Position numbers and translations under genes: made by a program. A stretch of DNA of 64,000 nucleotides from Eledone cirrhosa (lineage: Eukaryota): the NCBI GenBank assembly GCA_964016885.1, contig OZ024742.1, positions 159,898,001 to 159,962,000 of the forward strand, given 5' to 3'. Below the pieces are notes generated by a model that saw only the letters and a list, made by a program, of their open reading frames with translations, was not told the origin of the DNA and ran no database searches. Of the stretch, positions 12,221 to 26,838 are shown piece after piece; the first letter of the stretch is position 1; each line of letters opens with the position of its first letter.

Positions 12221-14330
12221 TCAATTCAATTCAATATATTTGGCAGAAATTAAAACATAGATGCTTCAGATGCCATGTAAAGAGGGGAGGGGGGGGGGGG
12301 GAATTTACACAGTCCGAAACACAGTGGTCCAACACCGGTCCAATTTCGCCTTGAATTGTTGCGTGGTTGACGCGTTGACTACTTCTTCTGGAAGCCGATT
12401 CCAGGGTCCATTGATGCGGATCAAGAAAGCAGCTTTCCGTCTATTTAGGCGAAAGTGGCGGTGAAACAGCTTTTTGTCATGTCCACGTAGACCCATTTCA
12501 AGTGTCGGAGTGAATAGGAGATCTTGAGGGAGATTGTAATGGCCATTAAAGAGATTGTAAGCCAAAATGAAATCGCCTCTTAGCCGTCGACGCTCCAAGG
12601 AGAAGAGATTCAGCTTCTGCAGCCGGCTTTTGTAGGGCACCTCATAAAGAGTCTGTACCATTCGAGTCGCTAGTCGTTGAACTCTCTCCAAGTGATGGAT
12701 ATCCCGGATGAGATATGGGTTTGATGCTTGGATACCATATTCTAAGTGCGGTCGCACGAAGGCGACATAGAGAGGCCTGAAAATTTCTGGAGTAAGTTTG
12801 GCAAAGGAGCGTCGAATAAGAAAAAGAGAGCTCCTTGCCTTGTTTGCAGTTTGAATGCGATGTTTTGATGGTTTGAAGGGCGAGTCGACCAGCAGACCAA
12901 GCTCTTTAGTCTTCTCAACCTCCTTCAAAGGAGCAGTGCCACAGTTGAAGGTAAGAGCTTAGTTATAAGGTGTAACCACTGCCATATGGCAACACTTATC
13001 GACATTGAGGTATAAATCCCAGTCAATGGACCAACTCCAGGCTCGCTGGAAGCTGGACTTGAGATTGTCGATCTCGCTCCTACGGGCTACCATTTTCACA
13101 TCATCTGCAAATAGAAGCACGTTTCCACCAATCACGTCTGGCATGTATAGAAGGAAGAGAATTGGGCCCAACACATAGCCCTGGGGAATGCCGCTGCCTA
13201 CACCCACCCCCGATGACAGACTGCCATTGATCCGAACTCTGCAAGTACGACTCTCAAGAAATGATCCAATCCACTTCATAATCGAATCATGGAGACCATA
13301 GTTGCTGAGCTTATGCAGGAGCAGGCGGTGGTTGACAGAGTCAAAGGCTTTTGCGAAGTCGAGAAAGATAATATCGGTTGCATCTCCATCGTCTATTATC
13401 CTCGTCACCTATTCTTCCATCACCAGTAGGTTTGTAAGACAGGAAAGTTTCGGGATGAAACCGTGTTGAGATGGAGAGATGGCAGTGAAAGACACAAGAT
13501 GAGCCATAATTGCCCGCTTGATTAGAGATTCCAAGGCTTTACAGACGATTGAAGTGAGGCTCACGGGTCTGTAGTTCCCCGGATCTTCTTTGTAGCCTTT
13601 TTTAAAGTTAGGGCAAATTGTAGCTACTTTCCAGTCGGCATGAACAACTCCGGTAGCCAATGATAGATTGAATAGTGTGGCTAGAGGTTTAGCAAGGTTG
13701 GGTGCAACTGCACCCAAAATCTCTGGATGTAGACCATCTGGACCATGCCCCTTATTCACATCTAAGGACAAAAGCAACTTTTCCACCTCGTCCGGTCTGA
13801 CGGTGGTTGGTTGCATTGGTGGGGCGATCATGTTTAGATTTGGGGGTTCTTTGCCATCGTCCTCCTTGAAGATATTTGCGAAAACATCGGCAAAAAGAGA
13901 AGTTTGTTGGTCAGCGTGTTCAATAACTGCACCTTCGGGGTTTCGGAGAGTGACAATTTGGTTATTCAGTTTTTGATTTCTCTGCACGTGAGCGCATAAG
14001 CGCTTTGGATTACGACCGGCATCATTTGCAAGTTTCCTTTCAAAATTTTGCTTTCCAATTCTGGAAATATGCTCGACATGATTTCGCTGCTTTCTGTAGA
14101 CTTCAAATGCTGCCGCAGACATGGTCTCTTGATAGTGCTCCCAAGCAGCGTTTCTTAACTTCCGTTCGCGGATAATTGTCTTTGTTATCCAGAGTTTGTG
14201 TTTCTTGCGTTTTGGCGTTCTGTTAGCCCAAGTAGAATTTCCTTTATTTCTCGCCACAAAGTTTCAACAGACTGATTTTCAGTTAGGCTGCGCCAATTTA
14301 TCTCGTCGGAGGCCATTTTGATAAGATCAT
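12221..14330 (-). mobile_element. CR1-type LINE, 5'-truncated, nested in the RTE element
   Basis: ORFs 13409-14257, 12959-13408 and 12305-12928 carry GPDGLHP, NYRPVSLTS, QHGF, LDFAKAFD, GIPQG..LGP, FADD, RPHLEY and SLERRRLRGD. There is an (ATTGA)n tail at 12221-12235. Confidence 0.9.
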
Positions 14331-14399
14331 GATTCATAGCAGCAAATATTCTTCTCGGCTGATTCGAAAGCTATAGTATCTAGAATTCTGAAGTATCTA

Positions 14400-14968
14400 G
14401 ATTCTGAAGCTATAGTATCTAGAATAAGGACAGGTTGGGGAGCTGCTTCCTCTGCTGACGAAGAAGGGTTTTTCCCTGCGTAAGAAAGGCCGGTTATATG
14501 ATGCCTGTGTGCGGAGCGCGATGCTTCATGGTAGTGAGACATGGGCAGCAACTGCAGAGGATATGCGACGGCTGGAGAGAAATGAGGCAAACATGCTCCG
14601 TTGGATGTGCAATGTCAATGTGCGTGAACGACCGAGCATGGATGTGTTAAGAGAGAAACTGTGTCTGAGAGGGATAGAATGTAGTGCACGGGAGAGGAGA
14701 CTGAGGTGGTATGGACATATGATGCGCATGGAGGATGACCGATGGGTGAAGAAGTGCCAGGAAATGCCAGTTGAAGGAAGATGTGGTAGAGGTAGACCTC
14801 GAAAAACATGGGCGGAGGTGGTGAGAGCAGACCTTAGATTGCTGAAGTTCACGGGAGAGATGACGAAGGACCGTGACAAGTGGAGAGATGCTGTGTTGAA
14901 TAGGACCCGTCCCACCCTTGCAAGCAGGGTAAAGCGGACGTAAAATGATGATGATGATGATCATGATG
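14400..14968 (+). pseudogene. RTE-clade LINE 3' end (continuation of 11765-12215)
   Basis: MLHGSETW, MLRWMC, RLRWYGH, GRGRPRKTW; ends GGACGTAAAATGATGATGAT. Confidence 0.9.
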
Positions 14969-15140
14969 ATATATATATATAGTAATAATAATAAATGTCA
15001 AGACTAAAATCTGAATGGGGCTCGATAAGGATAATATATATAAAACCATAGAGCAAATAGTTTCAGAAGATTCCGTTAAGGGTGAAAGCAGCGACTCTTT
15101 GCTTAAACTTTAATCTGTTATATTAATATATATATATATA

Positions 15141-15338
15141 TAGGAAAAAGTATGACCCCGACGGCAGAGCTCAAGCCGTTTCGACGGCTATTTCTGGACT
15201 ACGGAAGAAATACCCGTCGAAACGGCTTGAGCTCTGCCGTCGGGGTCATACTTTTTCCTATTTCCCACTCTACTACCCTAAGTATTGAGCACTCTGGTGC
15301 GTTATGGTCCATCTTGTCCTTACCACAATTCCTTTGTT

Positions 15339-15339
<1 letters not shown>
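15141..15339 (+). mobile_element. Miniature fold-back PLE terminus
   Basis: Same hairpin and tail as 9703-9890, flanked by (TA)n. Confidence 0.8.
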
Positions 15340-15404
<65 letters not shown>

Positions 15405-16290
15405 ATATAGGAACTAGTATGACCCCGATTGCAGAGCTCAAGCCGTTTCGACGGCGGTTAATTCTGGACTAAATAATAATTTTTAGCCTGGTAAATAAAT
15501 AGCCGAACTTCTCAGGGGTAATTCCATAATATGGGAAGATAGTAATTGTCAAAAGGATTGGTCAAAAGTTTGTTGTAAAGACATATGATTCTATCATGGC
15601 ATTTGGTGGAAGGTAGGGGTAGCTGAACTTGCCGGTAGAACAAAGAGGGATTGTGGAAACCCAGTCAAGCGTTGAAAGTGAAATCTATACAGCAGATTCT
15701 AAGGATAGTGTATAGAAGGTCGAAAAAAGTGTACTGGAGAAGGGGATAGGGGGGGGGGGTGAAAAAATAGGTAAATCGAAAGGGAGTAAACAAAAAAGCC
15801 ATTATAAAAATGAGGAAATAAATATATAAAAAATATAAAAAACAATTTCTCCATCCCCACAATCACCAAATCTCTCATTGGTATTGCTAAGCTATAGAAA
15901 AGTTTAATAGGTGGAGAAGAATACTATATACGAGATTGTAGTGAAAGAATTTTATAAAGCCATCTTTACAGGGGTCTAACATCACTGTTATAGTTAGTAG
16001 TATTCAGCCAATGCTATCTTACAATGACAGGTTAATATGTTGAGGACAAACATACTAAAAAACTAATACGAAATATTAATTCAGAAAGCTAATACATAAA
16101 TACTAATACAATAATACTAATGCAAAAATACCACTAAGAAATTTAGAAATCATGGAAATGGAGCAGCAACCAGAAAGAAAGCAATTGTCTGGGGTCTAAC
16201 ACATCTGCTATAAAAAGCGTAATCGGCCAATTCTATCTTAAAATTAGGGGGGTGGGGGTACTGAGGCTACAGAGGACCGATGGGCTGCAT

Positions 16291-18175
16291 TAAATTCAAA
16301 CCCAGACACAACAGATTCCTACAAAAGCTCCGTAGCAAATTAACAGAGTATGAAAACACCAACGACACCATGGTGCACTCGGACAAAACTGATAACCTCT
16401 ACTTCGTCAACCCCGACATATACCACACACTGATCAGGAGCAGCTTAAACTCCACCTATATAAAGGCTAATAATTCAAGTATCGAGGACATAAATCGAGA
16501 TGGACAACAAATTATCTTCAGCCTCAGGGTCGCCGACCGCACTGAACCCCTAGACACACGGACTCCCTACTTCACACTGAAGGACCACAAATCCGACTTC
16601 GACCGTAAACCATCCATCAGGCTTATAAACCCAACGAAGTCCGACATAGGGAGATCAGTAAAAAAAATCCTAGACCGCGTTATACCAAAAGTTAAGCAAA
16701 ACGCGAGACTTAGCCTATGGGTCAACACCCAGGAAGTAATCTCATGATTCAGCAATATGGAGGACAAACGAGACACAAAATTCATCCAGTTTGACATAGA
16801 GAGTTACTATGCTTCAATTACCTTACCACTCCTTACGGCCGCCTTGGACTTTGCCGAAACACTCACGCCCATCACCGACCAGGAAAGAAATATCATCCTC
16901 CAAGTCAGGAAGACAGTCCTACTTTTCGACAACTCCAAATGGATAAAGAGAGCTCCTGACTCCCCCTTCGACGTCAGTATGGGCGCGACGGATTCGGCTG
17001 AGGTCTCAGATCTTATAGGATTATTCCTACTATTTAAACTCACCGAAATGTTTCCTGCATTCGGCGGTGGATTGTACCGTGATGATGGGCTCCTTACCCT
17101 CAAAGGGTACAACCCCAGTAGTACAGACCGGGTCCGTAAACAATTAATCAGCTTCTTCCGCGACTGTGGATTTAAAATAACCATACAAACGTCCCTAACC
17201 CGAGTAAACTTCCTGGACGTTACACTCAACCTCGATAATGATCTGTACTACCCATACAGGAAACCAAACGACAACCTGCATTACATCCACCGCCGGTCGA
17301 ACCATCCTAGAAACATCACCAATAACCTGGTTAAAAACATCTCCTTCCGCATATCTCGTTTGTCCGTTAATGAGCAGATATTCGATGAACATGCGCCTTA
17401 TTACAACCAGGCCCTCAAGCGGAGTGGTTTCCGGGAGGAAATATCCTATTATCCAGCTTCCATTAGCGGATCCAGCAGGCGACACCGCCGCTCACGCAAC
17501 GTAACGTGGTTCAATCCTCCCCACAATGCCGAGGTGACAACACCTATCGGGAAAATCTTCTTTAGGCTCATCGAAAAAGACTTCCCACTACAACACCGCT
17601 ACCACAACATAATCAACAAAAACACCATCAAACTCTCCTACAGCACCACACCTAACAGCAATAATCTCAACCCCTATGGAAGAAATAACCTAGACAGCAG
17701 TGGAGAGCCGACCAGGAGGTGTAACTGTCCTGATAGATCCCTTTGCCCCCTCAACAACAGATGCCGAGATCGTAATGTGATCTACTAGTGCAACGTGAGG
17801 ACGGACACCTCCAACAAAGCTTATATAGGATTAACCGCTTGTGACTTCAAGACCCGGCTCTACCTACACAGACATACTTTCCGAAACCCGGCCCGGCGTC
17901 ACGCCACTACACTTTCGGGCCACATCTGGGACCTCAAAGATAATAATATAACCTACAATCTCACTTGGAGCTTACTGTCCAGAGCTAACTCTTACACGGG
18001 AGAACGCCGTCCGTGTAACTTATGCTCGGAGGAAACATTACAAATGCTGTTTTCGAAGGACCAACTCCTAAACAAGAAAGACGAACTGGTAACTGCATGC
18101 AAACAAGGATTGCGTAGGACTTACCTCGCCCTCAAACCCCATAATGACCGGGGGTGGGGGGTAGACAAGGGCTGA
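16291..18175 (+). pseudogene. PLE reverse transcriptase-GIY-YIG endonuclease ORF with two in-frame stops
   Basis: RLINPTKS, FDIESYY, MGA..S, YRDD, FLDVTL, YRKP..SNHP, CNC..CPL..C, VIY...AYIGLT..FKTRL..H; all three ORF pieces are in one frame. Confidence 0.9.
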
Positions 18176-19126
18176 AACACCCCACTTTCCGACTTTGTAA
18201 GGGGTAACCCCTGGTTACAAAGTTAGACGTAACTTTTTTTTATCTTTTCTTCTATATTTCCTTCTTCCCCCCATCTCTTCCTAGTCCTTCCACCCCATAT
18301 CTCCTCCCTTGTCGTCTTTTTTTTTTACCTTTTCGCCCACCCGGATGTAGCCCATCGGTCCTCTGTAGCCTCAGTACCCCCACCCCACCCTAATTTTAAG
18401 CTAGAATTGGCCGATTACAGTTTTTATAGCAGATGTGTTAGACCCCAGATAATTGCTTTCTTTCTGGTTGCTGCTCCATTTCCGTGATTTCTAAATTTCT
18501 TAGTGGTATTTTTGCATTGGTATTCTTGTATTAGTATTTATGTATTAGCTTTCTGAATTACTATTTCGTATTAGTTTTTTAGTATGTTTGTCCTCAACAT
18601 ATTAACCTGTCATTGTAAGATAGCATTGGCTGATTACTACTAACTATAACAGTGGTGTGAGACCCCCTGTAAAGATGGCTCTATAAAATTCTTTCACTAC
18701 AATCTCGTATTTAGTATTCTTCTCCACTTATTAAACTTTTCTATAGCTTAGCAATACCAATGAGAGATTTGGTGATTCTGGGGCTGGAATAGTAACCAGA
18801 AATTGTTTTTTATATTTTTTATATATTTATTTCCTCATTTTTATAATGACTTTTTGTTTACTCCCTTTCGATTTACCTATTTTTTCACCCCCCCCCCCGC
18901 CCTCCTTCTCCAGTACACTTTTTTCGACCTTCTATACACTATCTTTAGAATCTGTGTATAGATTTCACTTTCAACGCTTGACTGGGTTTCCACAATCCCT
19001 CTTTGTTCTACCGGCAAGTTCAGCTACCCCTACCTTCCACTAAATGCCATGATAGAATCATATCTCTTTACAACAAATTTTGACCAATCCTTTTGACAAT
19101 TACTATCTTCCCATATATGGAATAAT

Positions 19127-19219
19127 CCTCTGAGAAGTTAGGCTATTTATTTACCAGGCTAAAAATTCTTATTTAGTCCAGAATTAGCCGTCGAAACGGC
19201 TTGAGCTCTGCCGTCGGGG
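19127..19219 (+). ncRNA. Hammerhead-like motif with variant core in the PLE1 terminal repeat
   Basis: CCT/CCC-CTGAGAAG-GGCTA...TAGCC-GTC-GAAA-CGGC ttgagctct GCC-GTC-GGGG; mirrored at 15423-15518. Confidence 0.55.
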
Positions 19220-19267
19220 TCATACTTGTTCCTATTGCCCACTCTACTACCTTAATATATATATAAA

Positions 19268-20420
<1,153 letters not shown>

Positions 20421-20552
20421 ATAATATATATATAAAATATATAAAACCATAGAGCAAATAGTTTCAGAAGATTCCGTTAAGGGTGAAAGCAGCGATTTTT
20501 TGTTATTTTAATATATGTTATTTTAATATATGTATATATATATATATATATA

Positions 20553-20741
20553 TAGGAAAAAGTATGACCCCGACGGCAGAGCCCAAGCCGTTTCGACGGC
20601 GATTTCTGGACTACAGAAGAAATAGCCGTGAAACGGCTTGAGCTCTGCCGTCGGGGTCATACTTTTTCCTATTTCCCACTCCACTACCCTAAGTATTGAG
20701 TACTCTGGTGCGTTATGGTTCCTTACCACAATTCCTTTGTT
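20553..20741 (+). mobile_element. Miniature fold-back PLE terminus
   Basis: Same hairpin, loop junction and tail as 15141-15339. Confidence 0.8.
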
Positions 20742-21460
20742 ATATATATATATATATATATATTAGTAAAAAGAAAAGAAAATGATGATAAATTTTTCCC
20801 AGTGAAAAATAGTTTAATTAGGAATAAGTATAAATTAGTAATAAGTATTGGTTAGTATTCAGTTTTAGTTTTAAGTTTTTACCGGTTGCGCATTTCTAAT
20901 GCTTTTCAAAAATAATTTTGAGATAGAGCGCTCGCGATGTTTTATCTAATCTGATCAGTTTTGGAAATTCTTCCTGTTTTATGTGAAAAAAGTCGCTCCA
21001 GAAGTATTAAGATTTGGTTGGTTGTTGAATGTCACGTGAATGAGTACTATAAATTTCGCGCCAATTCGTGTTGCAAAAATTCTTGTAGTCAAAACAATTT
21101 TGATTGGTCGGTAGGGGTCACGTGAATGTTAAAAATTGATTTTGCGCCAAATGTAGGTTTGTGGAAGAGTGTCCTTTTTCGCCTGATTGAGAAGTCACTG
21201 AAAAATATGTCTATTAAGACAAATATGTGTGTGTGTAGTAAAGAGGTTCATTGTTGTGATAATGGTCAGTAGGGATGTGTGTGTGAATTGCAGTTATGTT
21301 GAAAGGTCAACAGTTCAGGTGTCTATTGAGACAAATATGTGTGTGTGTCTGTAGTAGAATGGTTCGTGGTAGAGGGAATAAATTCGGTCAGTAGGAACGT
21401 GTGGGGGATATTTTAACATGTTGAAAGATATTTTTCAGCTCTTGTGTTATACGGGGAAGG

Positions 21461-21492
<32 letters not shown>

Positions 21493-21632
21493 CTGTTTTA
21501 TGTTAGTGTACGCGTGTGTATATGTGTGTATGTGTGTGTGTGGATGGACCAGTATTTTTGTGATACTGGTAAAAATGGTGTACATTATTCGATATTTTCA
21601 GTAATTTGCAAAAACGATTCTCTCAAAAGAAC

Positions 21633-23777
21633 TGTAGCGGTTGTCTCCCTTGTTTAGATTAACATCTAGACGGGAAGTAGAACCCTTTCTGTAACTTCCG
21701 GTCAGAACCCTATAAAACTAACAACTTTAAGTTCTCACTCTCTCACTGCCTTTTCGGCACCAGGCCAAGAGCCTCTCATTTGGCTCTGCCTGTCATTTGG
21801 CCAACAGGCGCCTGGCCTTAGCCAGGCGTCCTCTGCCAGCCGTGTTTGCCTGGCAATCAAAACGGTAACTACTAACTTTGCTTCATTCTATCATCTATTT
21901 CTTTGACATGTCAACTATACTATCTACCATTGTTAATTAAATATATATCTACACACAAACAATGTATTCCTTGTTACATTCATACAACCCAGAACTCTCG
22001 CTAAATTGGTAACCCTGACGTGATACGAACACGCAGCCGTTCATCGCTATAAGTGGTCACCCCAAAAAAAGAAAAAAATAGCACATCTGGTTTTGTGTGA
22101 GTAACATTACGAATACACAGCAAATTTATCGACAAACTATGAAAATACTCAAGGACACGCACACACGCACATGTGGAATTCGCACAGACAGACTTTTTCT
22201 CTCACGCATCAACTAACTGTCGCATTTCACCAATATATATATATGTTTCTCGTTTCTTACAACGAACACTTTCAAAACAAAAAAAAAAAAAAACATTTCA
22301 CGATATATATATATGTTTCTCGTTTCTTACAACGAACTCTTTCAAAACAAAAAAAAAAAAAAGAAATTTGATATTCTTTAAAAAAACATTTCAACAGGAA
22401 CATTTATTTTCGATGAACCATTGCCTTTTTGTTCATCGTTTTCTTCATCGTTCAAGTTTTTTTTTCCCAAAGTTCACACCAATAATTATGCTGAGTGAAG
22501 CCTTTCTTTTTCATCATTGTCACTTTCAAAATTGTACTATCATTTTCTCGCGCGTTAGAAATATTATTTTTTTCAACCTTGTATTGGCACGTGTAGGCAG
22601 CACAAATTCTCGATTCACAGAGATGTCTCTACTCACAGACATAGCCGCACGCCAGAGATAACATTTCTCGCCAAGGATTCTTCAACCTTAAGCTATATTC
22701 TTCTATTTGCCGGTTTATAAATTTACAATGTAAATTTACCGTTGATAACCGCGCATTTATTGGGAATGCTTATTTCTCTGGTCGCTGGCCTCTTGACCCT
22801 TCCAGGTCAACGCATTCTCAACATCGACCATCAACTTCGGCTGCTATTTCTAGCACTTTGCGCAACTCATTTTTTTCTAAAATAAATTTTTTTACTGTGA
22901 ATTTAAACACCGAATACGCTCACTCAGCGAGACAACAGCAGCAGCAACAGCACCAGCAATATAACAGCAACAGCAGCAGCAATACATCAACACAGCTTCA
23001 CCAACAACCAAAGCCAGAGAATTTATTTTTGCAGCACTCTTCCTGTGAGAAAATCCATTCGGAGGTTGGAAATTTCACGATATACCACAGAACAGAAACC
23101 ACCTGCATTCATTCTCTGGAACACACTTTCTTTCCTGCTGTCATGTGATTGCACACCTGTGAACTATATTTTGTACATTTGAACTTTGAGCTCTTCTCTT
23201 ACTTTATTACATTGTATCTTTGGGTGATGGATAGATGGATGTCCAGTCGTTCTCTGGCCAAGAGCGGTTGGCTACCTTGATATCTATCATTGATTTTTGC
23301 AAACATTCTTTTGTCGTAATTTTCATGCCTGTTACAACATTCTCGCCAACTTGCTACATATTTTCATTTCGATTTTTATACACTAAAATTCTGGCGGGAG
23401 GTTATGTAGCGGTTGTCTCCCTTGTTTAGATTAACATCTAGACGGGAAGTAGAACCCTTTCTGTAACTTCCGGTCAGAACCCTATAAAACTAACAACTTT
23501 AAGTTCTCACTCTCTCACTGCCTTTTCGGCACCAGGCCAAGAGCCTCTCATTTGGCTCTGCCTGTCATTTGGCCAACAGGCGCCTGGCCTTAGCCAGGCG
23601 TCCTCTGCCAGCCGTGTTTGCCTGGCAATCAAAACGGTAACTACTAACTTTGCTTCATTCTATCATCTATTTCTTTGACATGTCAACTATACTATCTACC
23701 ATTGTTAATTAAATATATATCTACACACAAACAATGTATTCCTTGTTACATTCATACAACCCAGAACTCTCGCTAAA
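21633..23777 (+). mobile_element. Non-autonomous LTR retroelement (373 bp LTRs, non-coding interior)
   Basis: Direct repeats 21633-22005 and 23405-23777 (TGTAGC...CTAAA), GAAC target-site duplication, PBS at 22007, and purine tract GGCGGGAGG before the 3' LTR. Confidence 0.92.
22007..22038 (+). promoter_or_regulatory. tRNA-Trp primer-binding site (extended)
   Basis: TGGTAACCCTGACGTGATACGAACACGCAGCC compared with the complement of the metazoan tRNA-Trp 3' end as I recall it, TGGTGACCCCGACGTGATTTGAACACGCAACC. Confidence 0.75.
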
Positions 23778-24019
23778 GAACATTAAAACATTAATAATAA
23801 AAGGGGTGAAATGATGTATAGTATTGTCATAACACCAAGGTGTGTGTGAGTGTCCAGATTGTACGTATTGCAAGGGGAATCCATTAGGCCCTGCCGTATG
23901 GGAATACTTGTGTACAAATATGTATGTGCCCATCAGCGTGCAATGCATGTGTGCGTATATGTATGTGTGTGTGTCGGCACGTTTATATCTATTTCTATGT
24001 CGGCACGTTTATATCTAAA

Positions 24020-25558
24020 TTAAGACTTATAATAGCTTGCGAAACCCACCGCCTTAGCAACTTCATTGATACCCATCTCAAGCCTTTTCTCAAACACATC
24101 AAAAGCTATATAAGGGACTACCTAGATATGCTCAATCACCTCCCTAATATGCCCCTTTCTGAACAAACCCTACTAGTGACGTTCGATGTAGTCAACCTAT
24201 ACTCCAACATCCCCCACAACCTAGGAATAGAAGCTATCCAATTCTAGCTGGATAATTACCACAATGAACTCCCACAACGCATCAAAAAAGAATTCGTGAT
24301 AGAAGGACTCAAATTTATCTTGGAGAACAATTACTTCGTTTTCCTACAGGCAGAAATCTGGGACCGCTATGGGAACGAAAACAGCCCCCACTTATGCCAA
24401 CCTAGTCATGGGATACCTGGAAATCACCCTCTACACTAAAGTACTAAACAAATTTGGAAACACTCTCCACTTACACATATAAAAGAACTGGAAGCGATAT
24501 CTAGATGACTGCTTCATCCTTTGGCACGAAAACATCGAGACACTTAAAGAATTTCACACCCTTATAAATGGGCTCAACATGAATATTAACTTTACGATGG
24601 AATACAGCCATCAACAACTCCCCTTCCTCGACATCCTCATTAAGATTCATAACAAAAAATAGAAACAGACATATACTACAAGCCCACAGACTCCAAGCAA
24701 TATCTTCCTTTCAACTCATGCCACCCTGGACACGTTAAAATTAATATTCCCTACAACTTAGCCAAGAGAATCTGTACTATAGTCTCCAATAAAAACACCT
24801 GTTACTTACGGCTACAAGAACTAAAGCACACACTCATAGGCAGGGACTACCGTGCATCACTAATTGACAATGTAATCCAACGTGCCCTAAAACTCAGTAC
24901 CCAGGACCTTAGACACCCTAAAGTAAATCAACCGAAACTAAAAGCTCTTCCATACATCTCCACACACAACCCCCTCAACAATGAGGCCTTTGACACCATC
25001 CTCCAGAACATGCCTGTGTTAAAAAAGGACCATAGAATGAACCAAATGCTTCGAACACACGATATCATAAAGAGCAAAAGACAATCAAAGTCAATGAAAA
25101 ACATCCTAACACATGCCAAAGTACTGCCAACCACAACAACGAAACCCACTGTAAAAAAATGCGATAGACCCAACTGTGGCATATGCATCAACCTAATAGA
25201 GGGTTCGGAATTCTATTTCAAAGAAGGACAACGTTTTATAGTAAAACACAATTTCACATGCGCATCAGAAAATCTAATATATGTATTAACTTGCTCAGAT
25301 TGTCGAGAACAATACATAGGCCAGACTAAAAACAGCCTCCGCCAACGCATGACTGTCCATAGATCCCAAATTAAAGTACGGGAATACAGAAAAATACCAC
25401 TGAGTGAACACATTGATACCTGTGCCGCCCAAAATCATCCCAGCTTTAGAATCTTTCCCCTCTACAAATTAAAAGATAATGCCACCCACACCCAGCGCAT
25501 CAGCAAGGAATCTCACTTTATTAACAAATACGGACCCTGTCTAAACACTTCTCCCTAA
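24020..25558 (+). pseudogene. PLE2 RT plus GIY-YIG ORF, with stops and frameshifts
   Basis: TFDVVNLYSNIP, GTAMGTKTAPTYANL, RYLDD, LPFLD, YYKPT, C.RPNCGIC, LIYVLTC..C..QYIGQT..LRQRM..H. Confidence 0.9.
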
Positions 25559-26613
25559 GACGAACCCACAACATACACACGCCAACATACATACCTACAT
25601 CAGCATACATCCTACATACATTTGTATCCACATATAAACACAATGACATACGTAAACACACATGTTCTATGGTGCAACACAAATATACACAAATTTGCAT
25701 ACCTTTTGATTTTTATAGATATAAACGTGCCGACACACAGATATACGCACACATGCATTGCACACTGATGGGCACATACATATTTGTACACAAGTATTAC
25801 CATACGGCAGGGCCTAATGGATTACCCTTGCAGTACGTACAATCTGGACTCACACACACCTTGGTGTTATGACAATACTATACATCATTTCACACCTTTT
25901 ATTATTAATGTTTTTGATGTTCTATTGAGAGAATCGTTTTTGCAAATTACTGAAAATATCGAATAATGTACACCATTTTTACCAGTATCACAAAAATACT
26001 GGTCCATCCACACACACACAGACACATACACACATACACTAACATACAAACAGACACACACACACACTTCTCCGTATAACACAAGAGCTGAAAAATATCT
26101 TTCAACATGTTAAAATATCCCCCACACGTTCCTACTGACCGAATTTATTCCCTCTACCACGAACCACTCTACTACAGACACACACACATATTTGTCTCAA
26201 TAGACACCTGAACTGTTGACCTTTCAACATAACTGCAATTCACACACACATCCCTACTGACCATTATCACAACAATGAACCTCTTTACTACACACACACA
26301 TATTTGTCTTGATAGACATATTTTTCAGTGACTTCTCAATCAGGCGTAAAAGGACACTCTTCGACAAACCTACATTTGGCGCAAAATCAATTTTTAACAT
26401 TCACGTGACCTCTACCGACCAATCAAAATTGTTTTGACTACAAGAATTTTTGCAACACGAATTGGCGCGAAATTTATAGTACTCATTCACGTGACATTCA
26501 ACAACCAACCAAATCTTAATACCTCTGGAGCCACTTTTTTCACATAAAACAGGAAGAATTTCCAAAACTGATCAGATTAGAGCAAACATCACGAGCGCTC
26601 TATCTCAAAATTA

Positions 26614-26650
26614 TTTTTGAAAAGCATTAGAAATGCGCAACCGGTAAAAA
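26614..26650 (+). ncRNA. Hammerhead-like motif with variant core in the PLE2 terminal repeat
   Basis: TTT-TTGAAAA-GCAT tagaa ATGC-GCAA-CCGG-TA-AAA; mirrored at 20876-20912. Confidence 0.4.
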
Positions 26651-26796
26651 CTTAAAACTAAAACTGAATACTAACCAATACTATTACTAATTTATAATTA
26701 TTCCTAATTAAACTATTTTTCACTGGGAAAAATTTGTCAGCATTTTCTTTTCCTTTTACTAATATATCACAACTCGTGTATTACACCTCTATTTTT

Positions 26797-26838
<42 letters not shown>

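Larger units (their letters stand above)
15408..19255 (+). mobile_element. Penelope-like element 1 with ~880 bp inverted terminal arms
   Basis: 15408-16290 is the reverse complement of 18345-19234; the arms enclose a 5'-truncated RT/GIY-YIG reading frame. Confidence 0.9.
20762..26801 (+). mobile_element. Penelope-like element 2 (Neptune-like Cys linker) with ~1.05 kb inverted arms; left arm interrupted by an LTR element
   Basis: 20762-21632 plus 23782-23990 is the reverse complement of 25716-26764; there is a ~37 bp extra tail on the right and (TA)n flanks. Confidence 0.9.

Noticed and set aside
22173-23148. ORFs inside the small LTR element
   Set aside because: They are low complexity with no gag or pol motifs.
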